Assembly: GCA_963712275.1 (NCBI GenBank)
Contig: CAVQHD010000001.1
Span: forward strand, 1,280,001 to 1,344,000
Direction: 5' to 3'
Source: an uncultured Rhabdochlamydiaceae bacterium
Lineage (GTDB): Bacteria; Chlamydiota; Chlamydiia; Chlamydiales; Rhabdochlamydiaceae
Length of the DNA: 64,000 nt
Shown here: positions 9,894 through 18,832 of the stretch, in pieces
How the letters are laid out: each line of letters opens with the position of its first letter
Position numbering within the stretch: position 1 is the stretch's first letter
Program-made: the position numbers and the translations under genes
The notes under the pieces: generated by a model
Databases searched by the model: none
What the model saw: the letters and a program-made list of their open reading frames with translations, nothing else
What the model was told of the DNA's origin: nothing

Positions 9894-10690
9894 TAACCCC
9901 CCATCCATTCTGTAAGTCGAAATTTCTTGTGTTGGTGTGGAGGTTGAGGTGTATAGATGCTATGAAGCACCCCTCTAAATTGATTGATTTTGACCCCTCG
10001 AGAAGTTGCTTTGTCTCGAGAGATAAAAACCTTTCCCGTCTCTTCTGAGACAGCAATTGCAAGGGCATCTGTCAGCTGAGAGATTCCTAGGGCCGCCAGA
10101 TGGCGTGTGCCCATCGATGATCTGGAAGTTTCGCTCGATTCATCGGCAAGAGGAAGAATAACAGCTGCGGCGACAATTGTCATGTCGCGAATAATCACAG
10201 CGCCATCATGGAGTGGTGTTGACGCTGCAAAGATCGTTTCTAGGAGTTCTGAAGAAAATTTTGCGTTTAACACGACTGCCTTTTGTGCAAATTCATCTAG
10301 TTTTTCCGTGTGCTCTAAAACAATCAAGGCCCCTATCCGCTTTTCTGCAAGCCTATAGATGGAATTAGTCAGCTGATCTAAGAATTTATCAAATTCTGTC
10401 ACTTCGCGGTACCTTTTTCCTTTCAAACTTAGTTTTGATAGAGCAACCCGCAGTTCTGGCTGAAAGATAATAATAAGTCCAACCGCAGCCACATTGGCGA
10501 GATTCGTCATAATTGTATAAAGAATGGGCAGGTGAAGGATGGAGCTGATGGAAAAAATAACAAAAAAAGCTAGAAGGCCCAGAAGCAGGTCCATTGACCG
10601 GGTTTTCCAGAAAAATGACAATAAATAATTTAAAATAACGGCAATAACGGAAATTTCGATAAGAGGTGTCAGAACATCAAGGATATTCAT
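9893..10690 (-). CDS. dacA: Diadenylate cyclase CdaA/DacA
   Basis: Three N-terminal TMs, IIFQPELR, PLHDGA, GTRH, VSEETG. Confidence 0.95.
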   Translation of the reverse strand: MNILDVLTPLIEISVIAVILNYLLSFFWKTRSMDLLLGLLAFFVIFSISSILHLPILYTIMTNLANVAAVGLIIIFQPELRVALSKLSLKGKRYREVTEFDKFLDQLTNSIYRLAEKRIGALIVLEHTEKLDEFAQKAVVLNAKFSSELLETIFAASTPLHDGAVIIRDMTIVAAAVILPLADESSETSRSSMGTRHLAALGISQLTDALAIAVSEETGKVFISRDKATSRGVKINQFRGVLHSIYTPQPPHQHKKFRLTEWMGG

Positions 10691-10770
10691 AATATTTTAT
10701 TTAAAATGTGAGCGTCATTGTAGGGATGAAAAGAGTTGTAATCAACGAATAATTTTTTAGGGCGCGGAAC

Positions 10771-11637
10771 TTACTGCTCAGCGCTCCATAGCAGAAGGAT
10801 AAACGGGCAGCGAGCGGACATATCTCTCGCACTCTGACTGGAGCCTAGATTTTTTTTATGATCGCTGATCGGATTGATCCGGTTATAGAGATAGAGCACC
10901 TCGTCGATGTATCTCACATGTTCCCCTGCCATTTCAAGGAGGGGAATGATGAGCGCTACATCACCCGCCATCGGGAGATAGATCCCCTCTTTCATCAAAT
11001 CATCCCGAGAGATTTTTTTTCCAAGGCTCGCATAGAAAGTCTGCAAATGTGTTGAGACCCACTTATACTGCCGAAAAAGCCGTCTTCGCTTCACATACGA
11101 GGGTATTGGCTCACACAGTTTAGGCTTTTGCACATACGATGGATAGTCCAGGTAATTCCCATACGTCATCCACACTTCTGGATCGGCATACACTTTATTC
11201 AGTTTTTTGAGCACAAACGGATGGGCAAGAAAATCATCCCCGTCCACTCTCACCACAATCTCGTCCTGTTGGCACATCTGGATCATCTCATACAGATTTC
11301 GCACCGACCCAAAATTGCTCTCCCTCCTGATCAGCGTCACCTTCTCCTTCATCAGAGATCTCTCCACCAGCGCGTTCACCTTATCCCAGGTATCATCCGT
11401 TGACGCATCATCAGCATAAATCACCCGGAAGTTACCATATTCCTGCCCGAGCACCGACAGCAGGTTCTGCTCACAATATTTTGTATTGTTATACGATGGA
11501 ATGACAACGACAAACGGTTTTTCAGCCACCTTGCCCTGCCCCCTCTGTTCCTTGCTCGGCAAAAGCGGCATCAGCACCACAAACGACAGGACGATCCCGC
11601 CCAATAGAACAACTAATCTAATAAAGGTTTTAATCAT
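10771..11637 (-). CDS. GT2 family glycosyltransferase; C-terminus possibly frameshifted
   Basis: VVIPSYN, DDASTD, VDGDD; ATGA overlap with upstream exonuclease stop. Confidence 0.85.
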   Translation of the reverse strand: MIKTFIRLVVLLGGIVLSFVVLMPLLPSKEQRGQGKVAEKPFVVVIPSYNNTKYCEQNLLSVLGQEYGNFRVIYADDASTDDTWDKVNALVERSLMKEKVTLIRRESNFGSVRNLYEMIQMCQQDEIVVRVDGDDFLAHPFVLKKLNKVYADPEVWMTYGNYLDYPSYVQKPKLCEPIPSYVKRRRLFRQYKWVSTHLQTFYASLGKKISRDDLMKEGIYLPMAGDVALIIPLLEMAGEHVRYIDEVLYLYNRINPISDHKKNLGSSQSARDMSARCPFILLLWSAEQ

Positions 11638-12221
11638 ATTTTTTGGTAGCCAATGACATGTTGGTAGCACAGGAGAAGGTGGCTGACACCATTCATCGCT
11701 CGGTGGGGAGTCGCCTCAGGGGGAAGATGGTAGGCAGCGGCAATTTTATCCTTTGAAAAACCGGTATTCCAAGGGAGCTTTGCTTCTGCTTGGCGGCCTA
11801 AGTGGATGGCTTTTGCCCAATACATGGATGCAAAATCAAGCCAATAATACGGCCACTTGAAATTTTCTTGGATATCGGGGTCAATTAACTGAGAGAAAAA
11901 GATACGGTCGAAAGAAGGATTTTGGCAGATAAAGACAGCATTGGATCGATGGATTTGATTTTGTTGGAGTAGATTTGTGATTTCGACTCCTGCTTTTTCA
12001 GGAGGGATGCCTTGTTTGAGCATCTCATAGGTAAATCCATTGACTTGAAGACTTAAAGGATCGCTTCGTTTCCAGTCCTCAGGCGTTTGTAAAACCATTG
12101 TTTCATACTGATCTAAAATATCGCCCGTTTTGAGATCGACAATTTTAAAAGCAATTTCCAGCAATCGATGAATAAAAGGGTTGAGTCCATTTGTCTCCGT
12201 ATCAAGAAAAATTCCGCGCAT
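11634..12221 (-). CDS. DEDDh 3'-5' exonuclease (DnaQ-like)
   Basis: FLDTETNG, QNPSFD, HRAMNG. Confidence 0.88.
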   Translation of the reverse strand: MRGIFLDTETNGLNPFIHRLLEIAFKIVDLKTGDILDQYETMVLQTPEDWKRSDPLSLQVNGFTYEMLKQGIPPEKAGVEITNLLQQNQIHRSNAVFICQNPSFDRIFFSQLIDPDIQENFKWPYYWLDFASMYWAKAIHLGRQAEAKLPWNTGFSKDKIAAAYHLPPEATPHRAMNGVSHLLLCYQHVIGYQKI

Positions 12222-12318
12222 TTTTATACCTCAAAACAAACGAATAAATGTAGCAAAGGATGGTGCTTTTTGTCAAAAAATATTTGGAGATACAGGGCAT
12301 AGGAAACTAGAGCAGATA

Positions 12319-12487
12319 TTTAAAACTTTTGCTCACTCAGACTTATTTCCATTTTTTCACCACAGAGGCACGGAGAGGGATGAGATTGCACAGAGTAAAT
12401 TTTTTTTTTACTCTGTGCAATCTCATCCCTCTCCGTGCCTCTGTGGTGAAAAAATGGAAATAAGCATGAGTGAGCAAAAGTTTTAAA
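12319..12487. repeat. Long palindromic element (family B, full copy)
   Basis: About 80-bp near-perfect inverted arms around a T-run loop; contains CACCACAGAGGCACGGAGAG. Confidence 0.88.
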
Positions 12488-12536
12488 CATATACGCGTAT
12501 TTACTAGTTAGACTGTTTATGATAAGATTCCTTCCT

Positions 12537-12950
12537 ATGGCGCTTCCTATTCAAAAATTACGAGAAGTTGTGTTCCATCTTCTCTATAGTGACGATTTTC
12601 AAGCGCTGGGCGAAGATATGGTCCCTTTTTTAATGCAATACCATCGAACGACTAAAAAATCTCTTTACCATGCTCAAGAGATTGTAAGCCAGATTCTCCT
12701 CCATCGAGAAGAGATTGATCAGCAGATTCAAACCCATTCTACGGAATATGAGCTCAATCGGATCCCTCGGGTTGAGAGAAATCTGCTACGTCTAGGAATT
12801 TTTGAAATGATCTATTCCAAACAGGTTCCGCCTAAAGTGGCTATCAGTGAGGCGATTCGTTTAGCTCGAAAATTCGCAACGAAGGAAAGTGCACAGTTTG
12901 TTAATGCGATTTTAGATGCTGTTTATACACAAGAGATCCATGCAATTTGA
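12537..12950 (+). CDS. nusB: Transcription antitermination factor NusB
   Basis: VERNLLRLG, VAISEAIRLARKF, FVNAILD. Confidence 0.95.
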   Translation: MALPIQKLREVVFHLLYSDDFQALGEDMVPFLMQYHRTTKKSLYHAQEIVSQILLHREEIDQQIQTHSTEYELNRIPRVERNLLRLGIFEMIYSKQVPPKVAISEAIRLARKFATKESAQFVNAILDAVYTQEIHAI

Positions 12951-13806
12951 AGAAGGGCGCTTTCTCAAGGACTTGACAACATTTAAAATCGGCGGCCCTG
13001 CAAGGTATGTTACTGAAGTTCAAACAGTTTCAGAGCTTCAAGAAGCGATCTGTCGATGTCGTGAGAGAGGGATTCGGTATCTCGTCTTAGGAAAAGGGTC
13101 GAATACACTGTTTCACGATGAAGGATTTGATGGGGCAATCATTCTCAACAAGATACAGTTTATCGAAGAGGATCGAGGGAGGATCTCTGTTGGTGCAGGC
13201 TACAGTTTCTCTTTGCTGGGCTCGCAAACAGCGCGTAAAGGGTGGGAAGGGCTTGAATTTGCCTCAGGAATTCCTGGAACGGTCGGAGGCGCTATTTTCA
13301 TGAATGCAGGGGCAAATGGAAATGAAACATTCCAAACGTTGCAAGAAGTCACCTACGTGCATGAAACCGGAGATCTAGAAATCTTGAGCAAAGGCGAGCT
13401 TAAATGGGGTTATCGATGGACTTCCTTCCATGAGAAGAAGGGGGGGATAGCATCTGCTTGCTTTCAATTGAAAACCTCTTCAGAAGCTCGCTCCCGCCAG
13501 CTTGCCTTGATTGATTACCGGACAAAAACACAGCCGTATTCAGAGCCATCGGCTGGATGTGTTTTTCAAAATACAGCGCAGATTTCTGCAGGACAGTTAA
13601 TTCAAGAGTGCGGACTCAAAGGGGAAAGAATAGGCGATGCCGAAGTGTCGCTTCTTCATGGGAATTTTATTGTGAATAAAGGATCTGCTTCTGCCGGTGA
13701 TGTTCTGGCCCTTGCTTCTTACATTCAAAAGATCGTCTATGAAAAAACAGGACACCGTCTTGAGATGGAGCTTCGTGTCATTCCTCCTAGGGAGACAATA
13801 AGATGA
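12940..13806 (+). CDS. murB: UDP-N-acetylenolpyruvoylglucosamine reductase
   Basis: TTFKIGGPA, GKGSN, GIPGTVGGAIFMNAGA, QP...PSAGCVF, HGNFIVN. Confidence 0.96.
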   Translation: MQFEEGRFLKDLTTFKIGGPARYVTEVQTVSELQEAICRCRERGIRYLVLGKGSNTLFHDEGFDGAIILNKIQFIEEDRGRISVGAGYSFSLLGSQTARKGWEGLEFASGIPGTVGGAIFMNAGANGNETFQTLQEVTYVHETGDLEILSKGELKWGYRWTSFHEKKGGIASACFQLKTSSEARSRQLALIDYRTKTQPYSEPSAGCVFQNTAQISAGQLIQECGLKGERIGDAEVSLLHGNFIVNKGSASAGDVLALASYIQKIVYEKTGHRLEMELRVIPPRETIR

Positions 13807-14612
13807 CGTGGGCAGATCTTCATTGCCATTCTCAAGCCTCTGACGGCTCTTTGTCTCCTAGAGAGCTTGTTAAAATGGCAAAAGAGCGTGGACTTCGGGC
13901 TCTTTCAATCACCGATCACGATACAACCCTTGCTTATGCCGAAGCGATCCTGGCTGCTGAGGAAGAAGAGCTTTTGCTAGGCACTGGGGTGGAGTTCTCA
14001 TGCGTTTTTGAGCAGCAAGATATCCATCTCTTAGGGTACGATTTTGATCTACTTTCACCTGAAATTCAGGCTCTTTGCAAGAGGCATCGAGTAAGAAGGC
14101 AGCACCGGAATCAGAAGGTCATTGAAAAATTAAGCGCCTATGGAATGGACATTTCTTTAGAAGAACTTGAAGTTAGAGAAGGCACTGTCGGTCGTCCGCA
14201 TATTGCCCAGGCGATGGTTCAAAAGGGGTATGTCTCCTCTGTACGGCAAGCGTTTCATCGGTATTTGGGAAAAGGGCAGTGTTGTTATGCCCAAGGAGAA
14301 AGCATCAGCGTAGATGAAACCATTGACGTGATTCATTTTGCTCAAGGGAAAGCATTTCTTGCCCATCCGCATCTTCTTCCTCCTTCACTTTCTGTGGACC
14401 GTTTACTTCAAAGGCCTTTTGATGGAATTGAGTGTTGGTATGCTAAATTCTCTGAAAAAATAGCCACCTATTGGATTGAAATAGCCCGTCGCAAGGGGAT
14501 TCTGATGAGCGGAGGTTCTGATTTTCACGGAAAGGGCTCAATTGAGGCGTCTTTAGGAAGTCAAGGGATCAGCCAAGACATTTTTTATCAAATTTTTGAG
14601 CATGTCAAGTAA
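13803..14612 (+). CDS. PHP-domain phosphoesterase (TrpH/YciV-like)
   Basis: DLHCHSQASDG, ITDHD, GRPHIA, LAHP, GGSDFHG. Confidence 0.92.
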   Translation: MTWADLHCHSQASDGSLSPRELVKMAKERGLRALSITDHDTTLAYAEAILAAEEEELLLGTGVEFSCVFEQQDIHLLGYDFDLLSPEIQALCKRHRVRRQHRNQKVIEKLSAYGMDISLEELEVREGTVGRPHIAQAMVQKGYVSSVRQAFHRYLGKGQCCYAQGESISVDETIDVIHFAQGKAFLAHPHLLPPSLSVDRLLQRPFDGIECWYAKFSEKIATYWIEIARRKGILMSGGSDFHGKGSIEASLGSQGISQDIFYQIFEHVK

Positions 14613-15750
14613 TCTGATTCAGCAGCTCTTTACAAAACGTCATCGGCAAGTTCCTAGAAACCAAAAGCAGATCGAAGAGATTGCTCAAAGTTTAGGAAGC
14701 GCTCATGAGGCGTATCCAACAATTCATGTGGCAGGAACAAATGGAAAGGGGTCTGTGGCAACGAAAATTGCCCGAACGCTGGAGAGATCGGGGTATAGGG
14801 TCGGCCTTTACACCTCTCCGCATATCCAGAGATTTAACGAGAGAATTCAAATCAACGGCGCTGAAATTCCGTTCATAGAGGTTGAACGAAACCTTCCTTC
14901 TCTTTTAGAAAGGTTTCCCGATCTCTGCTTTTTCGATTATGCCACATTTCTTGCTTTTCAATATTTTAAAGAAATGCAGATTGAGGTCGCCGTGGTTGAG
15001 GCAGGGATTGGGGGCTTTTGTGATACGACAAATGTGATACATCCTCTTATTTCTATCATTACGTCTGTGGCATTAGATCATGTTGAAATACTCGGTCCTA
15101 CGTTGGACGACATTGCTTATCAAAAATCAGGGGTTATCAAGCCCTTTATTCCGATCGTCTTAGGTCCAACTGCCTCATTAGCTCCGATTTTAAAGCAGGC
15201 AGCCATCAATCAAAGTGCTTTAATCCAGGTCTCTTCCCAAGAAGGAGATTATGATGTGGAAAATCGGGCAGTGGCGCGTGCAGCGCTTATAGAGCTATCT
15301 CGTCATTTTACGATCAAACAGGAGGCTTTAGAGAAAGGACTTTTGGATAAACCTCCCTGCCGTTTTGAAACGTGCGGTCGTTTTGTTTTGGATGTGGCTC
15401 ACAATCCGGCAGGGTTTGAGAGCCTATTAAAGGCGTGGAGGCTGCATTATCCGACGAAAAAATTTCATGCCATTATCGGCCTTTCATCGGATAAAGATCT
15501 TAAAACATGCCTTCAAAAAATTGCTAAGGAAGCTGAGCATCTCTTTCTTGTTCAGGCCTCCACCCCTCGAGCAGCTTCGACAGACAAGTTAAAAGGCATT
15601 TTGGAAGAGCTCCGCCTTTCTCATTTTACATGCTGCAAGTCCATTTCAGAGGCGATAGCTTTAGCCCATGATCATGCTATTTTGGTTTGTGGATCCTTCC
15701 ATATCATGCAGCAAGCTCGTGAGGAGATCCTTCGGTTCCAAATAAGCTAA
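14602..15750 (+). CDS. folC: Folylpolyglutamate synthase/dihydrofolate synthase
   Basis: IHVAGTNGKGS, YTSPH, EAGIGG..DTTN, LDVAHNP, GSF. Confidence 0.93.
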   Translation: MSSNLIQQLFTKRHRQVPRNQKQIEEIAQSLGSAHEAYPTIHVAGTNGKGSVATKIARTLERSGYRVGLYTSPHIQRFNERIQINGAEIPFIEVERNLPSLLERFPDLCFFDYATFLAFQYFKEMQIEVAVVEAGIGGFCDTTNVIHPLISIITSVALDHVEILGPTLDDIAYQKSGVIKPFIPIVLGPTASLAPILKQAAINQSALIQVSSQEGDYDVENRAVARAALIELSRHFTIKQEALEKGLLDKPPCRFETCGRFVLDVAHNPAGFESLLKAWRLHYPTKKFHAIIGLSSDKDLKTCLQKIAKEAEHLFLVQASTPRAASTDKLKGILEELRLSHFTCCKSISEAIALAHDHAILVCGSFHIMQQAREEILRFQIS

Positions 15751-16386
15751 GACAATTTTTTTTTGAATCGGGGAGAGCCTGCGCATCAAAAGGCGTAGAG
15801 CTCCTCGATTATTAGCCCCTAAATATTCAGCCACTTCCTCCAAGATTTCCTCAACTTCAAGGAAAGAATCTTCAGTTAAAGAAAGTTCTTCCATTTTTTC
15901 GCCTCGAAGAAACGCCTCTGCTTTTTCCAAAACAAGTCTTGCAGCAACAATGGATCGCCGCTCTTGAAGTGCTGGACTAAATTCGTTTAAAATTTTTGAT
16001 AGGTGTTGTTTCAATGCCTCGATTCGAAGGGCAATCAGTTGAAAATCTTTTTTAACAATGGTGCCGGCTAACTGGTCTGCCTCATTTTGCAATACGATGA
16101 CTTCATGCTGGAGATAAGAATCGTCGACTTCTCCGTAAAGAACAATCGCTCGGCTCCGAAGCTGCTCAAAATACGATTGAGCAAATTGGTTGACTTGGGT
16201 TGCCGTTTTTTCAAGAGAGGACAGATTGTGAGAGGCAACATTCAATTTTTCTAAAAGTTGCTCGCGAATTTCATCCGTCACAGGTTCGGACTCTAGCGTG
16301 TTTTCAACAAACGAGAGAACATCCTCGACAGACGTGATCGACTCTGACACAGCAGAGTAGTGTTTAGAATTTACGTTAAGATCCAT
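15661..16386 (-). CDS. Hypothetical helical protein
   Basis: ORF with GAGGTG SD; 3' end overlaps folC convergently. Confidence 0.6.
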   Translation of the reverse strand: MDLNVNSKHYSAVSESITSVEDVLSFVENTLESEPVTDEIREQLLEKLNVASHNLSSLEKTATQVNQFAQSYFEQLRSRAIVLYGEVDDSYLQHEVIVLQNEADQLAGTIVKKDFQLIALRIEALKQHLSKILNEFSPALQERRSIVAARLVLEKAEAFLRGEKMEELSLTEDSFLEVEEILEEVAEYLGANNRGALRLLMRRLSPIQKKIVLAYLEPKDLLTSLLHDMEGSTNQNSMIMG

Positions 16387-16691
16387 ATCTCCCACCTCAT
16401 ACTTTTTATTAAGGATTAAATCAATGGGTTTCCGAGATAGCCTAATTATACCCTATTTTCATTAGTTATCAAATAGTACAAATAATTATAATTAAATCAG
16501 TTGTTTGTTAGATTTATAAAATAGTTAATTATATTTTAATAAATATAGAAAGGATTGTACAACTCATTTTGGGGGTGAGAAAGATCGTGATCAAGAAGCT
16601 CTTGCTCACTTTTCCGCACCTATATATAACTTGCTTATTATTAAGTGCTTAATGAATAGATATCAAAATCTCGTGTAAATTAAAAAATAGG

Positions 16692-16720
16692 TTTACAATA
16701 ATTAAAATTATTGCTATAAT
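16692..16720 (+). promoter_or_regulatory. Sigma66/70-type promoter for the F-box genes
   Basis: TTTACA-17 bp-TATAAT. Confidence 0.6.
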
Positions 16721-16755
16721 TAGTTTTTACTTAAAATTATTATATATGAGTTAAT

Positions 16756-17220
16756 ATGTCGATATTTACAGGATTCGTTAACGGAGCTAAAGATTTTTTT
16801 AATAAAGTTTTTAATCCAAAAAATGCGAATTTTAATACAGTTATTCCAGATGAAGTGAAAGAGAAAATTTTTAAGATGGCTAAAGAAGATATCTTTACCT
16901 TAAGTCAAGTATGCAGGTCTTGGCATAATTTGACAGAGGCTACAAGACTTCCTCATCTAATTAATAATAGAATATTTGCAGTAAAAGAAATAAGAAAACA
17001 GATTTTTGGAAACAATGCTGTCCTTAACCCTATTTATTCATTCGGGGTTTATCGAAAACCGACTGCCTCTGAGATGTCTCGTTTGACAGGGGAGACAAAG
17101 CATTTAGAAGAGAAGAAAGCAAAATATGAGACACAACTCGAGGAATTGCAAGCAAGATCAAGAAATTTCAACTATACTGCGCCCACCTCAAATCACACTT
17201 TTGGCCTACGCGCAGTATAA
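16756..17220 (+). CDS. F-box domain protein (putative effector)
   Basis: IPDEVKEKIF...LSQVCRSWHNL F-box signature. Confidence 0.78.
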   Translation: MSIFTGFVNGAKDFFNKVFNPKNANFNTVIPDEVKEKIFKMAKEDIFTLSQVCRSWHNLTEATRLPHLINNRIFAVKEIRKQIFGNNAVLNPIYSFGVYRKPTASEMSRLTGETKHLEEKKAKYETQLEELQARSRNFNYTAPTSNHTFGLRAV

Positions 17221-17262
17221 CTCAGAAGATGAACTAATAAATGTATTATAAAAGGAGTTAAT

Positions 17263-17871
17263 ATGTCAGTATTTATAACAGCAGTTAATAGTGTTAATAA
17301 TTTTATTAATAGGATTGTTAATCCAGAAGCTCTGGAGTTTAATGCGGTTGTCCCCGAAGATGTGAAAAAGAAAATTTTTAATGAAGTTATGACTGAAAGA
17401 GAATGCCTTCCTGTGAGACGAGTATGCAAGTCTTGGAAGGATTTAACAGAATTTAAGATGCTTCCTTTTCTAATCGAGCGTACAAAATCGGCAGCGCTAA
17501 TGGCAATATATCAGATCTTCACATTCGAGCTCTCCAAAAGATTCGATTTTGATGTTGATAGGATTGTTTTTGCTCGGCGTCACGGGTACACTCCTTACAG
17601 CTTCGGGCGTAATTGCAAAAAACCCCCGCTCACTGATGATTCATTGCGACAGCTGGCTCTTGAGATTGGTCGAGAAGCGACTCCCCTTGAGTTAGCTTGT
17701 ATGACACCGGGGAGAAGGGCTTTTGAAGATGATAGGATAAGACGTGAGACACAACACAAAGAATTAAATGCAAATGCTGATAAACTTGGGGTAAAGCGCC
17801 CGCGCAGGGAGGACATCAGTATGGCTGACTGGTTGATACAGAAACTATACATAGAGTTGGGTTTGGTATAG
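17263..17871 (+). CDS. F-box domain protein, tandem paralog
   Basis: VPEDVKKKIF...VRRVCKSWKDL; N-terminus similar to the upstream gene; AAGGAG SD. Confidence 0.75.
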   Translation: MSVFITAVNSVNNFINRIVNPEALEFNAVVPEDVKKKIFNEVMTERECLPVRRVCKSWKDLTEFKMLPFLIERTKSAALMAIYQIFTFELSKRFDFDVDRIVFARRHGYTPYSFGRNCKKPPLTDDSLRQLALEIGREATPLELACMTPGRRAFEDDRIRRETQHKELNANADKLGVKRPRREDISMADWLIQKLYIELGLV

Positions 17872-17951
17872 ACGGCAAGATCGGCCACAGTATCAGTTCC
17901 ACTCTTCTTCATCAAAAGATCCTGGACTGAAACTGAATCCGTGGACAGTTT

Positions 17952-18569
17952 CTAATTCAGAAGCTGTACTAGTAATAAAGAGGGAGATCCTTTTCCCCAG
18001 GTTGACCATTGAACGTGGTAATTCTGTGGAGAAAGGGTCAGAGACCACTCTTGCAGGGCAAGCTCTTCCAATGCTCCTTCAGGGTGGCCTGGGTAGCATG
18101 TGATGGAAAGAGCCCCGCCCATTGGCATGAGTTGAAGGGCTAAAGAGATGCTTTTAAGGGTCGTTTGGGTCATCGTGGTAAGCTGTTTATCACCACCAGG
18201 GAGATATCCTAAGTTGTACACGACTAGCCTAATTTCATGAGAAAAGATGCCGCTCAGTTCACTATGGCACTGTTTTAAAAAGGTGACATTGGAAGAAAGG
18301 ACGTTTTTTCGGGCTTTCAAAAAGGCTTCTTCTTGGATATCAAGGGCATAAACATGCCCTTGTGGAACGAGCCGGGCAAGGGCTGCGGTATCTTTTCCAT
18401 TGCCGCAGGTCGCATCGATCACGACGTCTGTCGGACGCAGATATTCTCTCCAAAATTGATGGGCTTTTTTTAGGTGGGGTTTAGAGCCCGTTAACGGATT
18501 CAGTTTCAGTCGATTTTGAGGGCTCTTTTGGCCCATTTCTGTTTCTTTTTTGGGGGGTAATATCAACAT
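17952..18569 (-). CDS. SAM-dependent methyltransferase (YtqB/MnmM-like); 5' end disrupted by a palindromic element
   Basis: IDATCGNGKDT, DIQ, YNLGYLPGGDK, CYPGHPEG; original ATG at 18670 is now out of frame. Confidence 0.85.
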   Translation of the reverse strand: MLILPPKKETEMGQKSPQNRLKLNPLTGSKPHLKKAHQFWREYLRPTDVVIDATCGNGKDTAALARLVPQGHVYALDIQEEAFLKARKNVLSSNVTFLKQCHSELSGIFSHEIRLVVYNLGYLPGGDKQLTTMTQTTLKSISLALQLMPMGGALSITCYPGHPEGALEELALQEWSLTLSPQNYHVQWSTWGKGSPSLLLVQLLN

Positions 18570-18662
18570 TCGTATATTATCCTCTATTATCCTCCAAAAA
18601 AGAAACAGAAATGGGCCAAAAGGGCCCCCAAAACAACTGAAACTGAGTTTTAAGACAGCTTC
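18484..18662. mobile_element. Palindromic MITE-like element (family A, copy 2) with 3-bp TTA/TAA target duplication
   Basis: Inverted arms; shares CAGTCGATTTT and GGGGGTAATATC..GTATATTA core with 1047..1218; TTA at 18481-83 and 18663-65. Confidence 0.82.
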
Positions 18663-18753
18663 TTAAACATACTCTTCCTCTGTTTTAACCCAGCTTTTTC
18701 GGGCCTCTTGCGGTAAAAGATTTGAATCGGCTAGACTCTCCTCCGTCCTATCA

Positions 18754-18827
18754 GGGGTATTAGCTCAGTTGGTTAGAGCGCCACGTTGACATCGTGGAGG
18801 TCAGCTGTTCGAGTCAGCTATATCCCA
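18754..18827 (+). tRNA. tRNA-Val(GAC)
   Basis: Cloverleaf; anticodon arm CCACG-TTGACAT-CGTGG; TTCGAG T-loop. Confidence 0.96.
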
Positions 18828-18832
18828 TTTAT

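Noticed and set aside
8661..10690. c-di-AMP module as a novel signalling or defence system
   Set aside because: dacA-ybbR next to htrB/lpxL is the known chlamydial arrangement
12181..12486. 101-aa ORF (likewise 30845..31066)
   Set aside because: Reads through palindromic repeat family B; no protein features
17868..17903. 36-bp IS match as a CRISPR spacer
   Set aside because: No flanking direct repeats
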